A stretch of 24,000 nucleotides of DNA. Source: Kitasatospora aureofaciens (lineage in GTDB: Bacteria; Actinomycetota; Actinomycetes; Streptomycetales; Streptomycetaceae). The stretch is taken from the NCBI GenBank assembly GCA_000720845.1, contig JODU01000013.1, forward strand, positions 130,532 to 154,531. Reading direction: 5' to 3'. Made by a program: the position numbers and the translations under genes. Below, one piece after another: positions 1 to 8,567 of the stretch. The first letter of the stretch is position 1; each line of letters starts with the position of its first letter. The notes under the pieces were generated by a model. That model worked only from the letters and a program-made list of their open reading frames with translations. It was not told the DNA's origin and made no database searches.

Positions 1-889
1 CTCCGCGCCCCGACTGCGTACGCCCCGTCGCCGGCACTCCGCCGACAAGCCCCGGCGCAGCGTGCTGCTGACCGTGCTCACCTCACTCGTGCTGCTGTAC
101 AGCCTGGTCCCGCTGGTCTGGCTGGCCATCAGCGCCACCAAGACGCAGGAGGGCCTGTCCCGTTCCGCCGGTCTCTGGTTCGACGGCGACTTCGCGCTGT
201 GGGACAACATCACCGAGACGTTCACCTACGACGACGGCGTCTTCACCCGCTGGCTGCTCAACACCCTGCTGTACGTGGGCCTCGGCGCGGGCGGCGCCAC
301 CTTCCTCGCCGTGCTCGGCGGCTACGCGCTCGCCAAGTTCACCTTCCCCGGCCGGCGTGCCGTCTTCGCCGTCGTCATCGGCGCGGTGGCGGTGCCGGGG
401 ACGGCGCTCGCGGTGCCGACCTTCCTGATGTTCAGCGAGATGGGGCTCACCAACACCCCCTGGGCGGTGATCATCCCGTCCCTGATCTCGCCGTTCGGCC
501 TCTATCTGATGTGGGTGTTCGCCACCGAGGCCATCCCGGCCGAACTGATGGAGGCCGCCCGCATCGACGGGGCGGGCGAGGTGCGCACCTTCTTCCGGGT
601 CGCCCTGCCGCTGCTGGCGCCCGGCATCGTCACCGTCCTGCTGTTCAGCATGGTGGCGACCTGGAACAACTACTTCCTGCCGCTGGTCATGCTCAAGGAC
701 CCCGACTGGTACCCGCTGACCCTGGGGCTCAACAGCTGGAACCAGCAGGCCGCGACCGCGGGCGGCGAGCCCGTCTTCAACCTCGTCGTCACCGGGTCGC
801 TCCTGACCATCCTGCCGCTGATCGCCGCGTTCCTCCTGCTCCAGAAGTACTGGCAGTCCGGTCTCGCCGCCGGAAGCGTCAAGGAATAG
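1..889 (+). CDS. Carbohydrate ABC transporter permease (MalG/CUT1-type membrane component), 5' end probably outside the window
   Basis: ORF 62..889. The frame stays open back to base 2 and encodes a basic cytoplasmic tail (RRRHSADKPRRS) before TM1, so the true start is likely upstream of the window. Multi-TM protein with an EAA-loop-like segment (MEAARIDGAGEVRTFFRVALPLLAPG) typical of binding-protein-dependent sugar permeases. Strong G/C third-position bias. Confidence 0.85.
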   Translation, partial: SAPRLRTPRRRHSADKPRRSVLLTVLTSLVLLYSLVPLVWLAISATKTQEGLSRSAGLWFDGDFALWDNITETFTYDDGVFTRWLLNTLLYVGLGAGGATFLAVLGGYALAKFTFPGRRAVFAVVIGAVAVPGTALAVPTFLMFSEMGLTNTPWAVIIPSLISPFGLYLMWVFATEAIPAELMEAARIDGAGEVRTFFRVALPLLAPGIVTVLLFSMVATWNNYFLPLVMLKDPDWYPLTLGLNSWNQQAATAGGEPVFNLVVTGSLLTILPLIAAFLLLQKYWQSGLAAGSVKE

Positions 890-972
890 CCCTCCCTCTC
901 CCGCCCACCACCGACAACCCCGCCGGCCCTCGAAGGTGCCGGTTCCGGCCACAAAGAAGTGGAAGCACACCC

Positions 973-2328
973 ATGCCCACACACCTGACCAAGCACTCGC
1001 GCCGCCTCCTGCGCGGCACGGTCCTCGTCTGCGCCCTCGCCCTGGGGGCGAGTGCCTGCGGCGACTCCGACGACGGGGGGTCGAGCCAGAAGGCGGTCTC
1101 CGAGGCGGACGTCCAGGCAGCCCTGAAGAAGGGCGGCACCATCACGGTCTGGGCGTGGGAGCCCACCCTCAAGCAGGTCGCCACCGACTTCGAGAAGGCG
1201 CACCCGGGCGTCAAGGTGAACCTCGTCAACGCCGGGACCAACAAGGACCAGTACACGGCGCTGCAGAACGCCATCTCGGCGAAGAAGGGCGTCCCGGACG
1301 TCGCCCAGGTCGAGTACTACGCGATGGGCCAGTTCGCCCTGACCGAGCAGCTCACCGACCTCAAGTCCTTCGGCGCCGACAAGCTCTCCGCCCAGTTCTC
1401 CCCCGGTCCGTGGAACGGGGTGAAGGCCGGTTCGGACGGCGTCTACGCGCTGCCCATGGACTCCGGTCCGATGGCGCTGTTCTACAACAAGAAGGTCTTC
1501 GACAAGTACCACATCGAGGTGCCCACCACCTGGGCCGAGTACCTGGACGCCGCCCGCGACCTGCACAAGGCCGACCCGAAGGCGTACATCACCGCCGACA
1601 ACGGCGACGCCGGCTTCGCCACCAGCATGCTCTGGCAGGCCGGTTCGCACCCCTACACGGTCGACGGCACCAAGGTGCGGATCGACTTCTCCGACCAGGG
1701 CGCCAAGACCTTCACCGACACCTGGCAGCAGCTCATCGACGACAAGCTCCTCGCCTCCGTCCCCGCCTGGACCGACGAGTGGTACAAGGGCCTGGGCGAC
1801 GGCACCATAGCGACGCTGGCGACCGGCGCCTGGATGCCCGCCAACCTCGAGTCCGGCGCGAAGGCGGCATCCGGTGACTGGCGCGTCGCCCCGATGCCCC
1901 AGTGGACGGCGGGCGGCAAGGTCAGCGCCGAGAACGGCGGCAGCGCGCTCGCGCTCCCGGAGCTGGGCAGGAACGAGGCGCTGGCGTACGCCTTCGTCGA
2001 GTACGCGAACGCGGGTGACGGCGTGCAGACCCGGCTGAAGAACGGCGCCTTCCCGGCGACCACCGCGGATCTGCAGTCCACGAAGTTCCAGGACACCGCG
2101 TTCCCCTACTTCGGCGGCCAGAAGGCCAACAAGATCTTCGCCGAGTCGGCCGCGGACGTCCCCGACGACTGGTCCTACCTGCCCTACCAGGTCTACGCGA
2201 ACTCGGTCTTCAACGACACCGTCGGCAAGGCCTACGTCTCCGGCACCACGCTCGCCGAGGGCCTGAAGTCCTGGCAGGAGGCCTCGGTCAAGTACGGCGA
2301 GGAGCAGGGCTTCACCGTCGAGAAGTAG
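973..2328 (+). CDS. ABC transporter sugar-binding lipoprotein (family-1 extracellular solute-binding protein)
   Basis: ATG 973 is preceded by GGAAG. The N-terminus MPTHLTKHSRRLLRGTVLVCALALGASAC has a twin-arginine-like SRRLL motif, a hydrophobic core and a lipobox Cys. The rest looks like CUT1 sugar-binding proteins (TVWAWEPTLK, YYAMGQFA, ATGAWMPANL). The part of track ORF 199..2328 upstream of 973 overlaps the permease in another frame and is rejected. Confidence 0.85.
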   Translation: MPTHLTKHSRRLLRGTVLVCALALGASACGDSDDGGSSQKAVSEADVQAALKKGGTITVWAWEPTLKQVATDFEKAHPGVKVNLVNAGTNKDQYTALQNAISAKKGVPDVAQVEYYAMGQFALTEQLTDLKSFGADKLSAQFSPGPWNGVKAGSDGVYALPMDSGPMALFYNKKVFDKYHIEVPTTWAEYLDAARDLHKADPKAYITADNGDAGFATSMLWQAGSHPYTVDGTKVRIDFSDQGAKTFTDTWQQLIDDKLLASVPAWTDEWYKGLGDGTIATLATGAWMPANLESGAKAASGDWRVAPMPQWTAGGKVSAENGGSALALPELGRNEALAYAFVEYANAGDGVQTRLKNGAFPATTADLQSTKFQDTAFPYFGGQKANKIFAESAADVPDDWSYLPYQVYANSVFNDTVGKAYVSGTTLAEGLKSWQEASVKYGEEQGFTVEK

Positions 2329-2354
2329 CGCACGCCCCCACCGGAAGGACCGCC

Positions 2355-4400
2355 ATGATCTCCACCCTCCACTCCCGCCCGCACCGCGGGACGGACGGTG
2401 CGCCCGCCCCCCGCCTCGCCTTCGGCGCCGACTACAACCCCGAGCAGTGGCCCCGGGAGGTGTGGGAGGAGGACGTACGGCTGATGCGCGAGGCCGGTGT
2501 CACCATCGTCTCGCTCGGCATCTTCTCCTGGGCCCGCATCCAGCCGGGCCCGGACACCTGGGACTTCGCCTGGCTCGACGAGGTGATGGACCTGCTGCAC
2601 GAGCACGGCGTCGGCGTCGACCTGGCGACCGCCACCGCCTCCCCGCCGCCCTGGCTGACCACCGCGCACCCCGAGATCCTCCCGGTCACCGACCGGGGCG
2701 AGACGCTGTGGCCGGGAGCGCGCCAGCACTGGCGCCCGACCTCGCCCGTCTTCCGCGAGCACGCCCTGCGCCTGGTGCGCAGGCTGGCGACCCGCTACGC
2801 CGGTCACCCGGCCCTCGTCGCCTGGCACATCAACAACGAACTGGGCTGCCACAACGTCTACGACTACTCCGACGACGCGGCCCGTGCCTTCAGGGACTGG
2901 CTGCGCGCCCGGTACGGAACGACGGACGCCCTCAACCACGCCTGGGGCACTGCGTTCTGGTCGCAGCGCTACAGCGACTGGGAGCAGATCCTGCCGCCCC
3001 GGCTGGCCGCCTCACACCCGAACCCCACCCAGCAGCTGGACTTCAAGCGGTTCTCCTCGGACGCCCTCAAGGACCACCTGCGCGCGGAGCGCGACCTGCT
3101 GCGGGAGCTGACCCCCGACGTCCCCGTCACCACCAACTTCATGGTGATGCCCGGCACCAGGGGCATGAACTACGCGGACTGGGCCGGCGAGGTGGACTTC
3201 GTCGCCAACGACCACTACGTCGTCCCGCACCCGCAGGCCCGCGACGAACTGTCGTTCTCGGCGAACCTCACCAGCGGCATCGCCGGCGGCCGGCCGTGGT
3301 TCCTGATGGAGCACTCCACCAGTGCCGTGAACTGGCAGCCCGTCAACCTGGCCAAGGCGCCCGGTGAGATGGCCCGGGACTCGCTGACGCACGTGGCGCA
3401 CGGCGCCGACGCGGTGTGCTTCTTCCAGTGGCGCCAGTCGGCGGCCGGCGCCGAGAAGTACCACTCGGCGATGGTCCCGCACGCGGGCGCGGACAGCGAC
3501 CTGTTCCGTTCGGTCGTCGCGCTCGGCGACACGCTGAGGACGCTCGCGCCGGTCGCCGGGAGCGAGCGGGAGCCCGCCGAGGTCGGCATCCTCTTCGACT
3601 GGGAGTCCCGGTGGGCGAGCGAGCAGGACTCGCACCCCACCTCGCTGCTCGACTACCACCAGGAGGCCCTCGACTGGTACTCGGCGCTGCTCGCCCTGGG
3701 CATCCGCGCCGACGTCGTCACCACCGGCTCCGACCTGAGCCGCCACCGGGTGCTGATCGCGCCGGTGCTGCACCTGGTCCCGGCCGAGCTGGCAAAGGAC
3801 CTCACGCGCTACGCCGAGCAGGGCGGGCACCTGGTGACCACGTACTTCTCCGGCATCGTGGACGAGAACGACCACGTCTGGCTGGGCGGTTACCCGGGCG
3901 CGCTGCGGGACCTGCTCGGCATCCGCGTCGAGGAGTTCGGCCCGCTGCCCGACGGGCAGACCGTGGAGCTGGACGGCGCGGGCAGCGGGGGCCTGTGGAC
4001 CGACCGGATCACCGTGACCGCGCCGGAGACGGAGGTCCTGGCCCACTACCGCACCGGCACCCAGGCGGGCCGTCCCGCCGTCACCCGGCGTCCGGCGGGC
4101 AGCGGTTCGGCCGCCTACGTCTCCACCCGGCTCGGCGCCGAGGGGCTCGCCGCGCTGCTGCCGAGGCTCCTCGGTCCGGCCGGGGTGAGGAGCGAACTGC
4201 CCGCCGGTGTACGGGGGCTGGTCGAGTCCACCGTGCGCCGTGGCCCCGGGGGACGCTTCCTGTTCCTGGTCAACCGGACCGACGAGGCCGTCACCGTCCC
4301 CGGACTCGCCGGAGAGGTCCTGCTGGGCGACACCGGTGACGAGGGCGCCGTCGTCCTCGCGGGCCGGGGGGTCGCCGTCCTGCGCACGCCCACCGACTGA
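2355..4400 (+). CDS. GH42 beta-galactosidase (intracellular)
   Basis: 681 aa with no signal peptide. RBS GGAAGGA lies just upstream of ATG 2355. GH42 hallmarks: FGADYNPEQWP near the N-terminus, acid/base region WHINNELG, and nucleophile region WFLMEHSTSAVNW. Confidence 0.9.
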   Translation: MISTLHSRPHRGTDGAPAPRLAFGADYNPEQWPREVWEEDVRLMREAGVTIVSLGIFSWARIQPGPDTWDFAWLDEVMDLLHEHGVGVDLATATASPPPWLTTAHPEILPVTDRGETLWPGARQHWRPTSPVFREHALRLVRRLATRYAGHPALVAWHINNELGCHNVYDYSDDAARAFRDWLRARYGTTDALNHAWGTAFWSQRYSDWEQILPPRLAASHPNPTQQLDFKRFSSDALKDHLRAERDLLRELTPDVPVTTNFMVMPGTRGMNYADWAGEVDFVANDHYVVPHPQARDELSFSANLTSGIAGGRPWFLMEHSTSAVNWQPVNLAKAPGEMARDSLTHVAHGADAVCFFQWRQSAAGAEKYHSAMVPHAGADSDLFRSVVALGDTLRTLAPVAGSEREPAEVGILFDWESRWASEQDSHPTSLLDYHQEALDWYSALLALGIRADVVTTGSDLSRHRVLIAPVLHLVPAELAKDLTRYAEQGGHLVTTYFSGIVDENDHVWLGGYPGALRDLLGIRVEEFGPLPDGQTVELDGAGSGGLWTDRITVTAPETEVLAHYRTGTQAGRPAVTRRPAGSGSAAYVSTRLGAEGLAALLPRLLGPAGVRSELPAGVRGLVESTVRRGPGGRFLFLVNRTDEAVTVPGLAGEVLLGDTGDEGAVVLAGRGVAVLRTPTD

Positions 4401-4426
4401 GTCACACCGACGCGACATCCACGACT

Positions 4427-4454
4427 CCCCGGAGCGGCACGGCCCGCTCCGGGG
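4427..4454 (+). terminator. Perfect 11-bp stem hairpin downstream of the GH42 gene (intrinsic-terminator-like, no U tract)
   Basis: CCCCGGAGCGG (4427..4437), loop cacggc, CCGCTCCGGGG (4444..4454), read directly from the sequence, 27 nt after the stop at 4400. Streptomyces terminators often lack a T tract. Confidence 0.5.
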
Positions 4455-4526
4455 CCGTCCCCTCCTGCCCGAATGCGGGCGGGAAGGGGCCACCGCAGCG
4501 ACCACACCTTCCGTTGGGAGCACACG

Positions 4527-6566
4527 ATGGCACGCCGTAACCGCAGCAGACGCCTCGTAGGGGCAGCCGTCCTGACCGCCCTGGCGACGGGCGCCGCCCT
4601 GACCGGCGTTCCGGCCCAGGCCGGGCCGGCCGCGGCCGCCGCCTCCGTCACGGTGCGTCCGGACCCCTCGTACCAGCAGGAGGCGTTCGAGGGCTGGGGC
4701 ACCAGCCTGGTCTGGTTCGCCAACGCCACCGGCGACTACCCGCCCGAGATCCGCGAGAAGCTGGCCCGCCTGCTGTTCGGCGACGACGGACTGGGCCTCA
4801 ACATCGCCCGCTACAACATCGGCGGCGGCAACGCGCCGGACGTCCGGGACTACCTGCGGGCCGGCGGGGCGGTCGAGGGCTGGTGGAAGGCGCCCGCGGG
4901 CACCACGCGCGAGGACACCGACTGGTGGAGCGCCGACGACCCGGCCGACTGGAACGAGGACGCCGACGCCACTCAGCGCTGGTGGGTCGAGCGCATCAAG
5001 GACGACATCGACCACTGGGAGACGTTCAGCAACTCACCGCCCTGGTTCATGACCGTCAGCGGTTACGTCTCCGGCGGCTTCGACTCGTCCGCCGACCAGC
5101 TCGCGCCCGAGTCGGTCGACGACTTCGCCGCCTACGTCGCCGGGGCGACCAGCAGGCTGGAGAAGGCCGAGGGCATCGAGGTCGACACCGTCGACCCGTT
5201 CAACGAGCCCAACACCCCCTACTGGGGAACACAGCTGAACGCGGACGGCGAACCCGTCGGCGGCCGGCAGGAGGGCGCCCACATGGGCCCCGAGCTGCAG
5301 CGCAAGGTACTCCGGGCCCTCGCCCCCGCGCTGAGGAAGGCGAAGGTCGAGGCGGACATCTCGGCGATGGACGAGACCAACCCGGGCACCTTCGCCAAGA
5401 ACTGGAGCGCCTACTCCGGGGCCGACCGCGCTCTGGTGGGCCAGATGAACGTCCACACCTACGGCACCGGGCAGCGCACCACCGTGCGGGACCTCGCCAA
5501 GGCCGCGGACAAACCCCTGTGGATGAGCGAGGTGGGGGGTGACTGGGGCGACGGCCAGGACTTCGAGGACATGCGGCCCGGCCTCGGTCTCGCCCAGCAG
5601 ATCGTCGACGACCTGCGGGAACTGGAGCCCCGCGCCTGGGTGTTCTGGCAGCCCGTCGAGGACTACGACAACATGAAGCCCGGCGGCGAGTCCGCGAAGG
5701 GCGGCAACTGGGGCAGCATCCAGCTCCCGTTCGACTGCACCGCCCGGGACACCCTGGAGACCTGCCCGGTCCGGACCAACACCAAGTTCGACACCGCCCG
5801 CAACTTCACCCACTTCATCAAGCCCGGCGACCGGCTGATCAAGACGGACGACACCTCCAGCGCCGCCGCCGTCACCCGCGACGGCAAGGGCGCCTCACTC
5901 GTCCACGTCAACCGCGCCACCGAGGCCCGCACGGTCACCCTCGACCTGTCCAAGTTCCGTGACGTGAGCCGCCGGGCCACCGTCACCCCGGTCGTGACCA
6001 GCGCCGACGGCAAGCTGGAGCGACGGGACCCGATCGGGGTGAGCGACCGCGCGGCCACCTTCACCGTGCCCGCCCAGTCCGTCACCTCGTTCGAGATCAA
6101 GGGTGTCTCGGGCGTCGCGAAGGACGCCGCCGAGCCGCGCGAGGGGCACGGCTACACACTGACCGGCGTACAGAGCGGCAAGGCCGTCACCGTGGCCGCG
6201 GACGGCACGAACCTGGTGCTCGGCGCCGCGGAGGGCACGCGCGCCCAGCGGTGGCGCCTGAGCGAGGTGCGCCACGACAGCGGGGTCCGCGACCGCTACG
6301 TCTTCACCCGGCCCGAGGACGGCACGCGGCTCGCCGTACGCGACGACGTCCCGGTGGCCGAGCCCGACACGGGCGGGCGGGACAAGGCCGCCCAGTGGCT
6401 CATGTCGAGCACCGGGGACGGCACCTGGACCCTGGTCAACGCGGCCACCGGGCGCCTGCTCGAAGTGGGCGGCCAGGCGACCCACGAGGGCGCGGCCGTC
6501 ACGACCTGGCCGCCCAACTCCGGGACCAACCAGCGCTGGACACTGACGGACGTGTCCGCCGGCTGA
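4527..6566 (+). CDS. Secreted GH30-family glycoside hydrolase (likely endo-beta-1,6-galactanase type) with a C-terminal ricin-B/CBM13 lectin domain
   Basis: ATG 4527 gives MARRNRSRRLVGAAVLTALATGAALTGVPAQA, a twin-arginine-type signal peptide. Clan GH-A signatures: FEGWGTSLVWFAN, DPFNEPNTPYW (NEP acid/base) and PLWMSEVGG (nucleophile). The C-terminal ~140 aa carries three QxW repeats (AQRWRL, AAQWLM, NQRWTL). The galactanase specificity is inferred from the GH42 and ABC context only. Confidence 0.8.
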   Translation: MARRNRSRRLVGAAVLTALATGAALTGVPAQAGPAAAAASVTVRPDPSYQQEAFEGWGTSLVWFANATGDYPPEIREKLARLLFGDDGLGLNIARYNIGGGNAPDVRDYLRAGGAVEGWWKAPAGTTREDTDWWSADDPADWNEDADATQRWWVERIKDDIDHWETFSNSPPWFMTVSGYVSGGFDSSADQLAPESVDDFAAYVAGATSRLEKAEGIEVDTVDPFNEPNTPYWGTQLNADGEPVGGRQEGAHMGPELQRKVLRALAPALRKAKVEADISAMDETNPGTFAKNWSAYSGADRALVGQMNVHTYGTGQRTTVRDLAKAADKPLWMSEVGGDWGDGQDFEDMRPGLGLAQQIVDDLRELEPRAWVFWQPVEDYDNMKPGGESAKGGNWGSIQLPFDCTARDTLETCPVRTNTKFDTARNFTHFIKPGDRLIKTDDTSSAAAVTRDGKGASLVHVNRATEARTVTLDLSKFRDVSRRATVTPVVTSADGKLERRDPIGVSDRAATFTVPAQSVTSFEIKGVSGVAKDAAEPREGHGYTLTGVQSGKAVTVAADGTNLVLGAAEGTRAQRWRLSEVRHDSGVRDRYVFTRPEDGTRLAVRDDVPVAEPDTGGRDKAAQWLMSSTGDGTWTLVNAATGRLLEVGGQATHEGAAVTTWPPNSGTNQRWTLTDVSAG

Positions 6567-6586
6567 TCCCTCCCCTTGCCGCTCAT

Positions 6587-6619
6587 CCCGGGCGCACCGT
6601 CGGCCACGGTGCGCCCGGG
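6587..6619 (+). terminator. Perfect 14-bp stem hairpin after the GH30 gene
   Basis: CCCGGGCGCACCGT (6587..6600), loop cggcc, ACGGTGCGCCCGGG (6606..6619), 21 nt after the stop at 6566. Confidence 0.6.
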
Positions 6620-6656
6620 ACCGGCGGCCCGCCCCGTACGGACCCGAGGAGACCGC

Positions 6657-7301
6657 ATGACCACCGACCCCCGTGAGCGCGAGGTCCGCCGCCGAATGGC
6701 GGCGCGCGAGCTGTACTCGGACGGCGCCCCCGGCCTGGAGGCCCTGGCGGAGGAGCGGCTGCGCGGCAAGGGTCTGGCCGACGCCTACAACCGGACCGGC
6801 GCGCGGGACGAGGAGGGCCGTCGGGCTCTCCTGAAGGAGCTGCTCGCCTCGCTCGGCACGGGAGTGTGGATCGAGCCACCGCTGCACGTGGCCTACGGCA
6901 ACCGGGTGCACCTGGGCGACGACGTGTATGCCAACTTCGGCCTCACCCTCGTCGACGACGTCGAGGTCTTCGTCGGGGACCGGGTGATGTTCGCCCCGCA
7001 CGTGACCGTCAGCACCACCGGGCACCCCGTCCACCCGGACCTGCGCCGGGACGGCACGCAGTTCTCGGCACCGGTGCGTATCGAGGACGACGTGTGGATC
7101 GGGGCCGGCGCGCTGATCATGCCGGGGGTGACCGTCGGCCGGGGCTCGGTGGTCGGCGCGGGCAGTGTGGTGACGGCCCACGTGCCCCCGATGACGGTCG
7201 TCGCCGGGACGCCGGCCCGGGTACTGCGCGAGATCACCGACGCCGACCGCGAGTGGGCCTACCGTCCGCCCCGCACCCTTGGCCCGGCCCGCGGCGAGTG
7301 A
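6657..7301 (+). CDS. Sugar O-acetyltransferase, maltose/galactoside acetyltransferase (Maa/LacA) family
   Basis: ATG 6657 has a GAGGAG RBS 5 nt upstream. N-terminal Mac-type region ([29 protein letters not shown]) followed by left-handed beta-helix hexapeptide repeats ([48 protein letters not shown]). Confidence 0.85.
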   Translation: MTTDPREREVRRRMAARELYSDGAPGLEALAEERLRGKGLADAYNRTGARDEEGRRALLKELLASLGTGVWIEPPLHVAYGNRVHLGDDVYANFGLTLVDDVEVFVGDRVMFAPHVTVSTTGHPVHPDLRRDGTQFSAPVRIEDDVWIGAGALIMPGVTVGRGSVVGAGSVVTAHVPPMTVVAGTPARVLREITDADREWAYRPPRTLGPARGE

Positions 7302-7411
7302 CCGGGTCGACCGCCAACTTCCGCTGCACGTCGGGCACATGACAGGCGTCGGCGCAGTACGATGATCCGGGACTGCGGCCGAGCGTCATCTCCCGGAGCA
7401 CGGAGCCTGCC

Positions 7412-8203
7412 ATGACCACGGACCACACCCGGCCTCCCCACATCGACACCGGCCGGGCCCACCCCGCGCGGGTCTACGACTGGCTGCTGGGCGGCAAGGA
7501 CAACTACCCGGCCGACGAGGCGGTGGGCGCGACCCTGCCGCCCGAGGCACGGGACGGGGCGCGGCAGAACCGCGCGTTCATGAACCGCGCGGTGGCGTAC
7601 CTCGCCGCGCGCGGCGTCGACCAGTTCCTGGACATCGGCACGGGCATCCCGACCGAGCCCAACCTGCACCAGATCGTCCAGCGGACGGTGCCGACCGCCC
7701 GGGTCGTCTACGCCGACAACGACCCGATCGTGCTGCGGCACGCGCAGGCCCTGCTGGCCGGCAGCCCCGAGGGGGCCACGGACTACATCCAGGCCGACGT
7801 CCGCGAGCCCGAGGACATCGTGCGCCACGCCCGCGGCATCCTTGACTTCGACCGGCCCATCGCGCTGTCGCTGATCGCGCTCATGCACTTCGTTCCGGAC
7901 GACCAGGACGCCCACGGGATCGTCCGGGGTCTGGTCGGGACCCTCCCCCGGGGCAGCCACCTGGTCCTGTCGCACGCCTCGATCGACCTCTTCCCCGAGC
8001 TGGCGGAGCAGGTGATCGCCCAGTACGCCAGGGGCGGCATCCGCCTCGGCTTCCGCACCCGGGCGGAGGTCGCCCGCTTCTTCGACGGTATGGAACCGGT
8101 GCCGCCCGGCCTGGTCACGGCCACCGAGTGGTACGGCGAGGGCCAGGAGCCGCCCGCGCCGGAGGAGAGCGGTGTCTACGCGGGCGTGGCGCGTATCCCC
8201 TGA
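7412..8203 (+). CDS. SAM-dependent methyltransferase of the actinobacterial Methyltransf_19 (DUF574) family, substrate unknown
   Basis: N-terminal IDTGRAHPARVYDWLLGGKDNYPADE, SAM-binding-like FLDIGTGIPTEPN, then VVYADNDPIV and ALMHFVPD. This matches my recollection of the family pattern. GGAG lies upstream of ATG 7412. Confidence 0.8.
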   Translation: MTTDHTRPPHIDTGRAHPARVYDWLLGGKDNYPADEAVGATLPPEARDGARQNRAFMNRAVAYLAARGVDQFLDIGTGIPTEPNLHQIVQRTVPTARVVYADNDPIVLRHAQALLAGSPEGATDYIQADVREPEDIVRHARGILDFDRPIALSLIALMHFVPDDQDAHGIVRGLVGTLPRGSHLVLSHASIDLFPELAEQVIAQYARGGIRLGFRTRAEVARFFDGMEPVPPGLVTATEWYGEGQEPPAPEESGVYAGVARIP

Positions 8204-8231
8204 CGGGTGGGCAGGGGTGCGGGGCGGCGGC

Positions 8232-8417
8232 TCAGCGGCGGCGCCCGCGCGTCGCCCAGCCGCTGCCGATCCCGGCGACGTGCAGGGCCAGCAGGGCGAG
8301 GCCGATGAGCATCACGTTGGTGGAGGTGAAGACGTCGTTGGTCGAGACCTCGGCCGCGTTGATCAGCCAGGCGATGAGGAACAGAACCGCCGCGATGATG
8401 GCGAGCACGGTGTACAT
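8232..8417 (-). CDS. Small (61 aa) two-TM membrane protein, hypothetical
   Basis: ATG at 8417 (minus strand) is preceded by GAAGGG. Sequence: MYTVLAIIAAVLFLIAWLINAAEVSTNDVFTSTNVMLIGLALLALHVAGIGSGWATRGRRR. All but one third-codon position are G/C. The bias drops in the upstream part of track ORF 8232..8639, which would also run through the iron box. Confidence 0.65.
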   Translation of the reverse strand: MYTVLAIIAAVLFLIAWLINAAEVSTNDVFTSTNVMLIGLALLALHVAGIGSGWATRGRRR

Positions 8418-8532
8418 CCCTTCGGATCGGCGGCACCGGAGCGGCGCCGTGTCTCGCGTATGCCCCCGACGGGCCGCCTGACACGACGGAGGGCGCGGCA
8501 ACGACGGGCAGCCCGCGGGCCCTCCACAGGCA

Positions 8533-8551
8533 TTAGGTAAGGCGAACCTAA
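8533..8551. promoter_or_regulatory. DtxR/IdeR/DmdR-type iron box (operator)
   Basis: TTAGGTAAGGCGAACCTAA matches the 19-bp consensus TTAGGTTAGGCTAACCTAA at 17/19 positions, and the outer hexamers TTAGGT/ACCTAA are perfectly palindromic. It lies in the divergent intergenic region next to the AT-rich -10-like GATAAT (8557..8562). Confidence 0.7.
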
Positions 8552-8567
8552 GATCAGATAATGTTTC

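Noticed and set aside
199-972. N-terminal 258-codon extension of the sugar-binding protein ORF (track ORF 199..2328)
   Set aside because: It overlaps the permease gene in a different frame and translates to Arg/Pro-rich nonsense. A proper signal peptide with lipobox begins at ATG 973.
3012-5015. 667-aa minus-strand ORF antisense to the GH42 and GH30 genes
   Set aside because: Arg/Gly/Pro/Ala-rich low-complexity translation with no recognisable motif. It is a typical shadow ORF of a high-GC genome. The plus-strand genes carry clear catalytic motifs, RBSs and signal peptides.
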